Source: Azolla caroliniana
Taxonomy: Eukaryota; Plantae; Polypodiophyta
Direction of reading: 5' to 3'
Length of the DNA stretch: 64,000 nt
Assembly (NCBI GenBank): GCA_043228905.1
Contig: JBHGNT010000003.1
Span: forward strand, 2,790,001 to 2,854,000
Positions 25,792 to 40,272 of the stretch are shown piece by piece. The notes under the pieces are model-generated. The model worked only from the letters and a program-made list of their open reading frames with translations. It made no database searches and was not told the origin of the DNA. The stretch's first letter is position 1. Each line of letters starts with the position of its first letter. The translations under genes and the position numbers were made by a program.

Positions 25792-28385
25792 TGTGGAAAT
25801 ATTTTATTTTTATTATTATTAAAAATAAGTAATTACGATGAGTTAATTATTATTAGACTTTAGAGAAACTTGTTCATTGAAGAGAGATAACTTTATGTCC
25901 ATTGACTCTACAATCAAGCCATTTTGGCTAATGTAACATTACACAACCAATATAGAACAAATTTTATGTATGTGTGATCTCTCTCTCTAACAATCATTCT
26001 CTATTTGTATAGTTGTTGAATTCTACACAGAGCACATGGTAGACATAGAGGAACGCACTATCGAATTGGGCTGAGAAACAACTTCGCCTCTCAAAATCAA
26101 CAAGCTTACCTATAAGAGAGTTCACGGCCACTCTCTGAAATTGCACAAGAATGAAATAAATTTTGAATAGAGTATTTGAGCTTCCAATGAAAAATGGCAT
26201 TCATTTTGGTGTCTCTTTCCCCTAATTTTCTCTCTATTCTTATCTCTCAGTTTTTTCTTTACTAGTAAATAGATAGATAAAGAGCAAGAGATAGCAACTG
26301 GCATGAATTGTTGTCAGTTTTACCCATGATGTACCCTACGCTATTACCACAACCTCTACAATACCTCCAATATTGAGCTTAAGATAAATCCGCTAGTGAT
26401 TCATGCATTATTGAGTAATCGATTACAAGTATCAGAGATACATTTAAGCGTTACATGTACACGGTGCTAAAGTAGGTAACAATACTTATGCCAAGTCTCT
26501 TTTTCTCTCTCTCTCTTAATGAGGTGAAAATGACAAAGAAATTCACATGCAAAAAAGAGACATGGAAATCAGTAATTTAAAAGTTAAGTATTAACGGGGA
26601 ATAGAGGAAAGACATATATTGTTGAGATAAATCATCCATTCCTTGCAATTCATTTTGATTGGTACGACTATTCTAAAGATATGGAGCCAAATCTTCTCCA
26701 TTGCAACCATCTACTTTGATTGGTACGATTGTTTTGATTTATAAACAAATCAAGCTTATAATTATGGAAGATGAAGTAGTCGAAGATCAAGTATGAAGGA
26801 ATCATTGTAACCCTAAGCAGTTAGTTAATTGCTTATGAGAACATGGGCGACCATCCTAGCTTTGATCCAAAGTTCCGATCTGATATTTCTCTTAAGACAA
26901 ACCATGTCGTGATTCATGTATTATTCAGTGATTTGTTACAAGTATAAAAAATAGATTTACGCATTACAAGTACAAGACATGTTTGTAGATGAAAATAGCG
27001 TCAATTCCACGTTTAGATTCAATTCAACGTAGAAAAAATTCATGTCATGTCTTAATCTTAGTAGAAATTAATGTCTTAAAGTTTGCAATAACCACAATGA
27101 CTATGAGTGTTTCCCAATGGCATCGGTGTGTTTTAATTTACCTTTGCAATGATGTCACTTGTAAGTAGTGTTCATGAATGCTGGTGTCACTAGTGCTAAT
27201 TAGAGCTCGTAATATGATGAGTAATGACCAATTTAATAACATTTACACCAAACTATCCATCATTTTTATTCGGATTGTTTCCCTCCCAATCAAATTGATC
27301 AAGAGTGGATTTAGCTCCTTTTTTCCTCAAAATATACATGTTAGTTTGAGACTTAGATTTGATCAGATTTTACATGTGTTGTACAAATGTGATCACAGTA
27401 CTAGTATTTTGTTTCAAAATCTCTCATATCAAATTGTCGCAAATTTGTAATGAAATTCTACAATTTCTATTATCGTCCCACTTTTGTTATTCATGGAAAA
27501 TATCCTCCATTGGTATTACAATTACATGTACAAAACAGTCTAATATTACAAATATGACCATAGTCAATCTTTGTAGGTAAAGATAAATAAGAAACACATG
27601 TAACCAATCTTTAGAGACAAAGAAAATACAATGAAGCCATGTCCGTCTCCAAATCAACAATATAAATAGTCCAACTTATACAAAAAAAACTAACAAAGGA
27701 GTCTCAATATATGTGAAGCAATTATTGTCCCATTTTTGTAGGTTATGATACACTTAACTAATACTAAGTTCTTTGGTAATCCTTGAACAAAGGTTCCACA
27801 TACTTTTTGTCCAAGTCTCATAATATCCATAAATCATAACAATACCACAAATGGGGTTACTACCACATTATCATCTCATACCGAACTTGATCACGACATA
27901 TTTAAGTTAGTTAACTATCATTTAGTTTTTAATAATACTCAAGCACAAGGTTGAGCAATTGGATTGAAGGCTCCACACACAACTCTCACGACATAATTTA
28001 TTTGACATGATACACTAACACGATTGTTGGGTCGTTGGACAACCTTCATAGCTCATTGTAGTAGGTTGCATATGCACATATATTGTTTTCCATTGCCCAC
28101 TTTATGTGTGTTACTTCTATTTCAATGGCTTGTTCTTGATACCCCAAAAGTTTTTCTTTTTTAATTAAAATCCTTTTTATTGACACCCCAAAAGGTTATG
28201 TTTTCTTTCTATTGTTTTATCAGATATTGTTACTACTTACTTAACTAGCCCTCCTTTTTCTTGACACCCCAAAAGTTTTTCTTTTCGTTTCTTCTTTTTG
28301 ATCAAATATCCTTAGTCAACTACCCTTCCTTTTTTGCTTTCTCATGTTCCTAACGCCGAGGCTACATGGAAAATGCTCAACTTTG

Positions 28386-28871
28386 TAACAATCGGCAACA
28401 TTTCAGTTTGAACCAAACCAAACCGCAAAACCGTGGATTAATGGCTTAACGGCTTCAATGGTTTGGTTTAGTTCAAGTTTGCGTTTTTAAAAATGATTCG
28501 GTATGTTTTCGATTCGGTTTCATTAGTAAGAAACCGCGGTTTAAACAGTATAACAATTGTTTTTGTTTTTTTTTAAATTTAAAAATTTTTAAAAAATATT
28601 TTTAACAAATTTTCATTTTTAGACCTTATTCTCACGTTTTAGGAACATCTTTAAAATTTTAAAAATTTAAAATAATGAAATATTGTAAATTTAAAAATTT
28701 AACCTAAGTTCAAAACCGAAACTGAACCACGAAACCACGGGTTTTACAATTTAATGGTTTAACGGTTTGAAAAATGTTTAAGGGTTCGGTTCAGGTTTCG
28801 AAAATTTTAAATGGCTCAGTTTGGACCCTCTCAAATCAAACCGAACTGAACTAAATTGTTGCCGATTGTTA
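28386..28871. mobile_element. hAT-type MITE (486 bp)
   Basis: Perfect 15-bp TIR TAACAATCGGCAACA; degenerate 8-bp TSD CAACTTTG / TAATTTTG; multiple AAACCG/CGGTTT subterminal motifs; empty paralogous site near 16595-16615 (minus: GCTCAAGTTTGGTCC). Confidence 0.85.
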
Positions 28872-29304
28872 TAATTTTGGTCCCTGAGGTTATATGTCCC
28901 ACATCTTGGGTACTTACCTACCCAGTTAACTATATCTTTATCTATAATTGGGTACTAGTATATAGGTAAATTTCATTATTGTGCTCACAAAGGTGGCCTA
29001 TGTGCATGTGTGTGTGTGTGTGTGTGTGTGCATGAGGATTGTCCAAGGGTAACTGGCAGAATGATAAAAAATCATGGGATACTTCAATGCATTTCTCTCT
29101 TTTTAGTCATACACAGACATGGAGTTTCCTACGTCTCACATGGAAGCGAAGAACAAGTTTGAAGACTTCTTTTGGACTCTTTACAGCCCCTACAAAGACC
29201 AACAAATAGATCATGAATGATCGACATATCTAAGAACTATCTACTTTCTAAAGAAAACTCCATTTACACACTAGAATATTAATTTTAAAGAAAGTATCAA
29301 GCTT

Positions 29305-29458
29305 ATGGAGCAAAAACAACATGAAGAGCAAAAGAAGAAGAAGAAGAACATGATGATGATGAATAATACTTCACATGGGAAACAAATGGCCCAATATGTA
29401 CATCCATATAACCCCATTCCTACTATCCATAACTTCCCATCGAGTGACTTTACCAACT
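29305..29458 (+). pseudogene. DUF247 5' fragment (MEQ-type N-terminus only)
   Basis: MEQKQHEEQKKKKKNMMMMNNTSHGKQMAQYVHPYNPIPTIHN matches the start of the 63034 gene; similarity ends at ~29458. Confidence 0.85.
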
Positions 29459-30177
29459 ATTCATATAATCGACGACATTGTACTATTCCTACAAATAGTT
29501 ACTATTGTTTGAAACTTTTTCTCTTGTGAAGTAGGTCTACACAATTACCATATGGTGTGAACCCCTTGTGGCTAAGGTGGAAGGGGCTTTATGAAGTGAA
29601 CCTAAAATATGGGTGTTTGGACGAAACATTTCTAGACTGTATCTATTTTTTTATTTGTATATGGTGGACAAATGTTGTTATGGACAAATTTGTGACAAAT
29701 GTTGTCATGGTAACAAACGTCCACATTAGTATTATTCAGATCCGTTGACTTTGGTTATCATTGACTCGTTGTTACAAAGATTCTACCTAAATATACATTC
29801 GTAATTAGTCTAATAAAAATATTCAAATTAGGATTATCCAACACCTTAGAAAAAGATAAATGGTTAACAATACATGATGTGTTAATGTAAGTAGAATTTT
29901 AAAGGTTTATGGCCTTTAATTGATATTTGCAGTAATGTCACTTGAATGTAGCATTAATGAATATTGCTATTATTAGTGCTAATTATAGCTCATAATACGA
30001 CGCTGAGTAGTAACTAATTTAAGAGTGTTTGGCCCAAACAATACTAATTATTTTGTCTCAAATAAATTGGTCAGGTCTCAATTCATCCCCATCTTGTCTC
30101 AAACTAATCATATCAGTTTGACAAATAGTTCTAATCAGATTTTACATCTGTTGTACATGTGTGACCACATTACTATA

Positions 30178-30360
30178 ATGGTCAGATTCCTGATATAATG
30201 GCCCACTATTCCTCCCGTTGCCGTTGCTTGTATGCAGTGTCATGAAAAGTTCTTTTCTCTGCCATGGTTATGGATTTCGGTCATTGCCGCATTTCTACTG
30301 CTCTCAGCTTCAATGTTTCAGACAGTCTATTCAATCGCAGGTTATTACCAAAATACCTAA
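30178..30360 (+). pseudogene. DUF247 3' fragment with homologous 3' flank (to ~30640)
   Basis: DIMAHYSSR...HEKFFSLPWLWISVIAAFLLLSASMFQTVYSIAGYYQNT*; downstream sequence matches the flanks of genes 1 and 2. Confidence 0.88.
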
Positions 30361-33108
30361 ATCAACCGAACTTCCAAACCCTAGGGGAAAAATAAAAACA
30401 CTCCACACAATCAAGTATTGACCTTCATTTATTCATTTGTGAATTCATTTTGGTTCATTGTTTCCCCTTATTTATGTATTTATTGATTTACAAACAACAT
30501 TGGCTTTATGAAATTGTGGAAGATTATGTATTGATGGTGAATCGATTCATGATGCCTGTACATTAATGGAAATAGATATTGTGGGAGTTAAATTTCGTAA
30601 TTATCGCAATGAAGTACTAAAGCACAATATCTTGTTCTTCTTCTTGGTCATCTTCTTGCGACAAGACATGGCATCTTCATTGCTTTATTGCTTTAGCAAC
30701 ATAGAGTTCAGCCTGGCCTACTCACTCTTTTGGCTCACTCCAACTTCTACTCCCTATTGATATAGTGCTCTAATTTCACGTGTATTGACTTCTTTCACAA
30801 ATTCTAGCTTCTCATGAGGAATTATTGAGCATCCAAAACCGAATTTGGCTACGTCCCACTTAGACTTGCTTTCTCTCCGTTTGTTGATTTGTATATAGAC
30901 AAACCCCGATATTCGCATTATTTACAGGCATTGATTTGGGCTCTTATTGGTTTTGTTTTGCAGAGATTCTGCCTTAATATATATTCGTAATTAGTCTAAT
31001 ACAAATGTTCATAGTAATGCCGATCATTTTAACTGAAGTTGTTGAATTTACTATCATTAATATGTCACAGAGAGCGCGACACTTATGTACAAACATGATC
31101 ACATTAGTACGATCGGCATTGTATTTCACGCATGTGTTGTGTTTACTGTCATTAATAGGTCCAGCATGGTCCTCAGAGAGGCACGCACTAGGAAATAGGG
31201 CTGAAAAGCTCCTTATCACAAAAGAAACCTCACCTCTCAATATCAAGAAGCCTACCTAAAAGAGAATTTTCAGCCACTATCTGAAATTGTACAGTAGGTT
31301 ACGAAATTGAACAGATTATAGATAAATAGATTGTAGATTTTCTGAGGAATTGTACTCTACCTAGATTTCAACATTAACTAATTATCACAAAATGTATTTC
31401 CAAAACCATTTCGTTTCCAAAGTTGATTTATGTGAGAACGGCAATTAATTTTACAGCTCTTCTCCTAGCTATAAATCACACCCAGCTTTATATATCATAT
31501 TCAGACTATCCCAAATATCGAACCAACAACTAAGCAAATAACATGTTGACTGAACTTGCCAATGTTCCAAACAAACTAAGAATCAAGGCTTTCTGAGATG
31601 AACTGAAAATCTAAGACATGATCTTTGTAAGTTAACTCTGGCAATACATCCCAACATTTTTGAAAAATGTATGTCCTTTTAAGGTGATCGATATCCAATA
31701 TTTTACTGCTGTAAATAGATTTCCATGGACACATGCGCAAGATTTAATGAATGAACTGAATATTAGTGGTGGTATTGCTCTATCAAAATTAGTAAAGCTT
31801 GAGGAAGTATCTTTAGGATTACGTGTACTGATGAAAAAGTTACATCGTTTAAGCAAAAGGTAAGACACATGGATATCTACCCCATTATCAGCCCATTTTG
31901 TACAATAATCTCCCCCATTATCTGTTCTAATAGTTTTTTATTTGAGATTGACATTAATTACTTCTCCTTTTTGGTAACTTAAGTTTTATAACGAATAATA
32001 CCACAATTATAATGAAATTCTGTTATTGTGCTATTTTTCTTACGTAGCTACATTTACCAATAACAAGTTCTTTGGTAATGCTAAGACAAAGCTATTGGTT
32101 CCTCACACTTTATGTCAAGTCTCAGAATGTCCGTCAATAATAACAATACGACAATGAGATTACTACAACATCATCATATCATGCGAGACTTGGTCACTAC
32201 ATATTGGAATTTGAATATACCTAAGCACAAAATTAACTAATATGATTGTTAAATTCCACTCCAAGCCCTCATGACATAAATAATGTTGGCTCCATAGATA
32301 CCCTTGGAAGACCACATTTTGGCATTATTATCCTTAAGTTTTCTCATTGTCGCAACTTGCATCTGCACATATGTTGTTTTCAATGGACCCCTTTTTTTTA
32401 AGTGTTTTACTTGGATGTCAATGACTTAGTCTTGACACCCCAAACGTTTCTCTTCTGTTTTGTTTTTCTTATTGAATATCCTTAGTCAAATACCCCACCT
32501 TTTTTGCTTTCTCGTGTTCTACTTGAAAATGCACAACTTTGATTTCATAGGTTAAATGTCACATCTTGTGTTCGGACCTACCTATTGAACTATCTCCTTA
32601 TCTATAATTGGGTTAGTACATAGTTAGATTTTATCATTGCGCTATGCAAATGTGACCTTTATATGCGCCCGCATGAGGATTGAGGTTTTGAAAATGCACA
32701 ACTTTGATTTCCTAGGTTAAATGTCACATTTTGTGTTCGGACCTACCTATCTAAATATCTCTTTATCTGTAATTGGGTTGGTACGTAGGTAGATTTTATC
32801 ATTGTGCTCCGCAAATGTAACCTCTGAATGTGTGCACATGAGGATTGTCCAAGGGTATGTTGCAGAAAGATAGAAAATCACAGGATACTTCAACCTATTT
32901 TTGTCTTTTTAGTCAAACCCACAAAGTTTCTACACCTCACATGGACACGAACAACAAATTTGAAGACTTCTTCGGAGTCTTCAAAGCCCCTATAAAGACC
33001 AACGAGTAGATCGTGAATGATCAACATATCTTAGAACTATCTACTCCCTAAAGAAAACTTTCTACTCCATAAAGACAATACTCATTCTAAAGAAAGTAGA
33101 TCAAGCTT

Positions 33109-34501
33109 ATGGAACAACAACTAGAGAAAAAGAAAAAGAAAAAGAAGAAGATGATAATGATGAATTACGCTTCCCATGGGAAACAAATGGCCCAATATGA
33201 GCATCCATATAATCCCATCCCTACTATCCATAACTTTCTTGTCAAGCAGTTTCATCAACTCAACCGCAACATGAAAAATGGAAAGACCGGATGAAGAAAG
33301 AGATTGGTAAGGTAGTTCATCCGAAGGTTGTCACCAAATCTACTTTCCAACAAGACAAAGTGATTAGGTTTGTCCCGTGAGCACTGTTTAACATTAAGCC
33401 GCAATCATGTAGCCCATGGATCTTGACCATTGGCCCACTGTATCAAAACCTCAATCCTTCCCCTATTAATAAATGGAAGGCACTTTGCGTGAAGAAATTC
33501 ATGGAAAGATATGGGATATCAAATGTTGAAGGGCTCATGGAAAAGCTCATCCCTGAGTCCGAGACCGAGGAACTTCGCGACGTCTATTTGGATATGCTGA
33601 CTTACAAGTTTGAGTCCATGAGACTTATGGTCACTGTTGACACTGTCTTCTTTCACGAATTCTTTATGTTCTCAACGGAGAATTACTCCGATTCTGAAGA
33701 GTACACATTTATTAACAATGACATTACGGAATCCCAAATATGGAGGGACTTGCTGCTAATTCGCAACTAGATTCCCATGTCATTCCTAAAGAGAATCATA
33801 AACATCCCAAAGGAATCACCCTGCTTTAATGAGGATGATCTTCTGAAATGCTTGAAATACTTTGTTTTAGTAAACAATCCATTCTTCATCAGTAGGTTGC
33901 ATGAATGGAGGCAAGGATACAAAAATCTTCTTCACCTTAAATGCAAGGATAATGAAACAAAACCAACGCAAGGAGGCAACTGAACTTTGAGCATCTACTC
34001 GATTGCCTATATGTTTGGTACACATGGAAATCAGCTGAACAATCTAGAGAGCCAAATAAATCTATGAATCCAAGTAGATGTTTGCAACTCTTCACAATTC
34101 TATGGGGCTGGAGACTGAGCAAGAAGCAACCTGATTGCCTTCCAACAATATCTAGACGCTCTAAATTCTTTGGCTAGTTTAATCATGGATCGGAAAAGAG
34201 GAAGAAACATAGCGACCGCCCTCTGACTGCATCTAACCTCTCCAAAGCAGGAGTGTAGTTTAACTCTTGTGAAGGTAACACATTAGTGATCAAGTATGAC
34301 AAGAAGAAACATCAGCTCGATCTTCCACGTCTTGTGGTGGAAGATAACACAGAGGCTGTGTTGAGGAACCTCATTGCACATGAACAAATCTCCAAAGAAA
34401 TATTTGACTTCACTATCTATGCCATTATCATGAACCTGCTCATTGCCACGCTAGAAGATATCACAATCTTGACTAAGGCCAAGGTATTAGAGAACTACCT
34501 A
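33109..34501 (+). pseudogene. DUF247 pseudogene (MEQ-type), frameshifts and stops, 3'-truncated next to a LINE
   Basis: ORF pieces 33109-33294, 33423-33770 (TIGPLYQ...WRDLLLI), 33777-33983 and 34286-34516 (LPRLVV...LRNLIAHEQ...KAKVLENYL); NQIP codon mutated CAG>TAG at 33768-33770. Confidence 0.92.
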
Positions 34502-34519
34502 GATTTTGCATGTTAAGGG

Positions 34520-37500
34520 AGACAAGTTGTAAACTTCCAAGGTGGTTGAGTATCAATGCATCTCAATTTTGTCGATTTCTTTTTAAGCTTCAATGGGAAA
34601 CTTTTGTAGGACATTGTTTTAAATGTGGTAAATTGGGGCATTTGATGGCTTAATGCCAATATCACAGTGAACTATCCCTAGAAAATAATGTGAAAAAGGA
34701 AAAATAAGGAAGATGTTGGGAAGGATATTTTCTCAATGGTTGATATGGTCATGGATGAGGGAACATCTCATGGGTTAGAAGGAGATCCTAAAGTTCATGG
34801 TCATGTTAGAGGTGTTGGGGAGGAGAATGGAGTATGTATTAATGGTGGCATAGATATTGGAGATGGAGATCGACATGAAGTAAAGCATAAGATAAAAGGG
34901 AAGGGTGTTGCCATACAAAGAGAATCAAAAAATACTAATGGTAAGGCATTACCAAAAGATAATTTGAGATTGAAGGAGGGGTTTAAGAAAAATCCTTGGT
35001 AGAAACAGGTGCGAAATCAGAGATTGTCCAACCAACTACAATTTGATTCTTCAAGAAAGGTGGTACGACCTCAATTAAATCAAGGACTTCGTTCTCATAG
35101 AACCAAACAACAAATCCTTAATATTGGTGGAGGGGATGGAGTACACACGAATCCTTATGCAGCTCTTAAACAAGTAGTTAGTACATTCATGAATACACTT
35201 GCTCATAAAGAGCAATATCTTACCAAAGGTGTTAAATGAAAGTGGCATCATGGAATGTGAGAGGCGCATCTTCTCTTCATAAGAAATATATATTATGGAA
35301 AACTTTATTTGATAAAGATTGGGATATATCATGTGCAGTTGAACATAAATGTCATGATTTAGCAGGATTTGTGTTACATTTGCGTGGATATTCCACATAT
35401 TATGCAGGATAGTTATCACATCATTATCCAAGGGTTGTCATGATTTAGCAGGATTTGTGTTACATTTGCGTGGATATTCCGCATATTATGCAGGATAGTT
35501 ATCACATCATTATCCAAGGGTTGTTATGATTATTTGTGATTCGTTTTATCCACATATTGTCTATAATGATCCATATGGACGTTTTTTGCTGATGGAAGTC
35601 AAGTATGTTGAGGATTCGTTTTATCCACATATTGTCTATAATGATCCATATGGACGTTTTTTGCTGATGGAAGTCAAGTATTTTGAGGATTTGATGTCAT
35701 TGGTACGAATCTATGCACGTAATAATGCTAATCAACACATTGAGTTATGGGCTTCAATGTATCCATGACGATTAGTGAGCCATGTTGGTTTGTTAATGTG
35801 TGATTTTAATATGTATGTTGATGCTTTACAATCTAATTCACGATTCTCATTGATGGATTCTCCTGAGCAAGCAGTTTGGGACAAATTGCCATCAACGGTT
35901 TTGAAGTTGGATGTGTGGAAATGGTTGCATCAAGATGAGGTTGGGTTTACATTTCAGTCTAGTATGCAATATAGGAAAACATGGAGTACGTTAGATAGAA
36001 TGTATGTTATGCATGATGAGTCCGTTATGCAAGAGGTTGTGACATCATATCATTTTCCCATATGTTTTGAGTTTAAAAAACATGGGTTAGATATGTACAA
36101 AACATTGCTTCATCGAGTTCCTTTGAGGTTTAATTCTTCTTTATTATTACATTACTTATTTGATGCCTATATGCAACAAATTTTTGGCATGTTTTCAGAA
36201 CAAGTTTTTTCAAAAGGATGGGATGCATGGGATACAACACTACAAAACATCAATGATATTAATCGTATGTATGGTATGGCTAATGCTAAGAGACGTAAGA
36301 AATTGAATGATAAGTTTTCATATATTCTTATGTGATGCAATGTACTATTGATGAATAATCCGCATGATGAAGAGCTTTTGGATGTTCAAGTTCAAGTATA
36401 GGGCATTGTGAAGAATTTGCTTGTCAAAGTCATCAATAGATAAGACTACATCAACTAAAGGAGGGATTTATAAATAATCAATCATAACCTCATATGTTTT
36501 GTCAAGGATTAAGACCACCATATGCTTGTTCAAATGTGGTACAAATTAAGATAGGGGATGACATTGTTATGTATTACTCATTTAAGTATTTGATTGGGCC
36601 CGAGTTGATTATTAATGAGGACATCTTGAAAGCACGACAAGAGTTTCACAATGTAATTGGGAATGTCGTCAATACAAATATTTGTCAAGAATTGGATGTT
36701 AATTTTGAAGATGCTGAGGTGGAAAATGTATTGTTATACCTTCCCAATGGTAAAAGCTCTAGCTGGGATGGTGTTACAAATGAAAATCTTAAGAAGTATG
36801 CTAGCATGCTTAAGAGTTCATTCACGCAAACGTTTCAACAATGTTGGGATTTTGGTTTCATGCCTTAGAGCTGGAAGGTGGGCTTAATCAAATTGATACC
36901 AAAGGTACCATCTCTGGAGTCATTTCATCAATGGAGGCCTATTTCATTGATGGGAGGGTTGGACAAAGTGTTCGCAAAGATATGATCCAAATGACTTAAA
37001 AAGTTCTTACCTCAACATATTTATCCATCTCAATATGGTTTTGTTACAAGTAGAAATATATTGCATAATGTTTTGAATGTTCAAATGGCTACCGATTATG
37101 CTCAACATACACATCAAGAAATGATTATGCTGCAATTAGATTTGTAAAAGCATATAATCATGTTAATTGGTCATTCCTCTCAAGTGTGATGTATAATATG
37201 GGGTTTGGTCCTTGTATGTCTCGACTTATCTTTTTGCTAAGGCAAAATGCAACCTCGTGTGTGATGCTTAATGTCGGAGTCACTCCAAAAGTGTTTCTTA
37301 CTAGATCTGTGCAGCAAGAATGTCCACTAAGCCCATTGTTATTTGTTATTGCTACACATCCTTTGTTAGTAATGTTGTCAAATCTTGCGACTAGTGGTGA
37401 TTTTGTAGGTTTGCATCTTCCTTCTGGTGGACAATTGGTAGCACAAGCATCGACTAATTATTCTTTTATGTTTTTACAAGCCTCAAAAGAAAATCTTAAA

Positions 37501-38950
37501 AGGAGTATGCAAGTTTAGGATCAATTTGCTTTGGCTTCAGGGTTGTATCTAAATTGGAGGAAGTCTCGCCTTATTTCTTGTACGGAGAGTGATTTGGAAT
37601 GTTTAGGATGGCGAGGGTTAGTGATTACACGAGGATCAATTTATCGATATTTGGGCTATCCATTGCGCATTGATGCTACAAATGTTTAATTGATTGATTG
37701 GATTGGTAGTAAATTAAAGGACAAATTTATGTATTGGAAGTCTCAATTATGGCCCTTTCATGTACGACTCAAAGTGGTGCAATGTATCTTGATACCCATG
37801 TTGTTATATTTTGTGCCTTTACTTCCTTGGATTAAGAAGGCATTACAAAACATGTTACAACCTATTTGGTTCATGTTGTGGTGGAAGGGAGAAATGATGG
37901 GAGTTACATAGATTTGATGGGACCATTTAGCTACTCCTAAAAGGTTAGGTGGTGCAGTAATATTGGATTTGGAAAGGCATTTGATGGCACGTAGATTTCC
38001 ATTATTATGACATATATTTCAACAAGCTCAACCATGGATATCTATGATGCAATATTTTATTGCGCATGAAGGATTGATGCATGGGAAAACAAACATTCAA
38101 GCATCATGGTGGTCACTACTAAATAGAAGTATTCCTCTAAAGATTTGACATTCTTTGTGGACAACATTTGGTAAGATTGTGACAAGATGCATTATCTGTT
38201 TTTAAATGGGAACCATCAAGTGATTGACAATATTGTAATTCATTACAAAATGAATTACTTGTTTCTTCTCGTGTGTTGTTTTGGCATGGAAAATAGATTT
38301 AGTTGAGATCTCCATTCAATCATTTATTTCAATTAGGGATTGTACATTTAGAAGGTGTGATTGATAATGAATCTCAAAGTATGTCGGATTTTGAAGTCCC
38401 AAATGATGGTTATGTATTCCCCCAAATTATGGATTTATTTGGGAGAAATTACAAGATATACCATTGTTGCAAGAATCTTTGCCATTGCAAACAAATTTTG
38501 CACCTTAGGTACATTGGTGATTACAAGATGGTACACGCTTGTTACAGGTCACTACAAAAATATTGTATCATCATGCGATAGCATCAATATCTTGGCTATC
38601 TCCAAAAACAACAAGGTTGTGGAATATATGTAAGTTAGATACAAGGTGGTGGAAAATATTACAATGTGGTTGGCTTTCCCATCTACCATTTTCTACAAAG
38701 GTATTCATATAGAGATTCATTATTGGTGGGCTCCCATTAGGTTCAGCCTTAAAGAGACGAGGACTAGGGTCTGGCACTTGCTTCTTTCACACCGTTTCAT
38801 TGGAGGATAATACACATAGGTTCATTAAACGTCATATAGAGTGTACCCTTTGGAAGTACTTATCGGACATTTGGCAAGTTTTAACCCGTTGTTTTTTCCA
38901 TAAAAAATATGCTCCATTGGTATTAAAATTAACAATGCCAAAGGCAATCT
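34520..38950 (+). mobile_element. degenerate L1-clade LINE (ORF1 remnant, endonuclease, RT, zinc finger)
   Basis: MKVASWNVR at 35236; DFN; W.TLDRMY; LPNGK..WDG; WRPISLM; QYGF; LD..K; RSVQQECPLSPLLF; RYLGYP; PKRLGG; degenerate C-terminal zinc finger near 38700-38880. Boundaries approximate. Confidence 0.9.
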
Positions 38951-39287
38951 ACAAATTGTACATAATAGTTTCCACTCCATAAGTATATATCGTAAAAACA
39001 GGGACCAAATAAAGATGGCATTTGTTATGGCCTCTAAAAAAACATCATGTTGCAGCCAACGTTGGCTGAATGTGATTCCACATATACTGAAGCTCTTTAG
39101 TATACCCATATTCAACCTATAAACAAATTCCTGGTTGTGCAATAGCTGTTCCCGTTCCTTGGCCTTTAATTTTCCTTTGTGAATGTCCTTTTGTACCACT
39201 TAGGTAATACAAAACTGCTCTCTCCAATCAAGCCATTGAGGTAATCTGCTACTTCTTGGCCGTAGTCTTCTTCAAGCCACTCGTGAT

Positions 39288-40272
39288 GATTGGCTTCGAC
39301 CCTCCCCACCATCTTCACTCATCCTCACCACAAATATTTCTTCCTTTAGTCGACATCAGCCATCTCACCGATTAACCTGGTTCCAATGTCCACGCATATC
39401 CTGTATAATCAACAAAAACTTAGTTTAAAACATGTCCTCACCCACTCCTGCACATTGGCTTCGACCCTCCCCACCATCTTCACTCATCCTTAACACAATA
39501 ATTCTTCATTCAGTCGACATCAGCCATCTCACCAAATACCACGGTAGCAATGTCCACGCATATCCTGTATTGATCAACACAAAATTAATGTAAACATTTC
39601 CTCACCCACTCGTTATAGTCGGCTTCACCCTCCCCACCATCTTCACTCATCCTTAACACAGAAATTCTGCATACAGTCGACATCAGCCATCTCACCAATT
39701 AACACGATGGCAATGTCCACGCATATCCTGTATTGATCAACACAAAATTAGTGTAAACATCTTCTCACCCACTCGTTATAGTCGGCTTCACCCTCCCCAC
39801 CATCTTCACTCAACCTTATCACTTTCACACAGAAAATTTCTTCGTTCAATCCACATCAACCGTGTAGCCAATTATCGTCATGACCAATGTCCACGAAAAA
39901 AACCTGTATCAATAACAAAACAGTTAATCTCAAAGTTTCCTCACTCATGATAGATGGCTTCGACCCCCCCGCCATCTTCCCTCATCCTTATCACAAAACA
40001 AGAAATTCTTCATTCAGTCCACGTCAGCCCTCTTGCCGATTAACATCTTGCACTGTTGACGAAAAACCTGTATTAAAAACAAAAATTAGTGTAAAAATTC
40101 CCCACCCACTCACGATTGTCGACTATGACCCCGCCACCCTACCCCATCCTTTTCTCTTACCATTCTTCCTTCTTTCCACATCAGCCCTCTCGTCGATTAG
40201 CTTGTTGCCAATGTCCGTGGAAAACCTGTATTTACAACACAAAAACAGTTTACACTTTCCTCACGCACTCAT
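39288..40272. repeat. tandem array, ~6 units of ~165 bp
   Basis: Recurring GGCTTC(G)ACCCTCCCCACCATCTTCACTCATCCT ... GTCGACATCAGCCATCTCACC ... CAATGTCCACGCATATCCTGTAT ... CTCACCCACTC at ~39292, 39457, 39621, 39784, 39956 and 40120. Confidence 0.9.
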
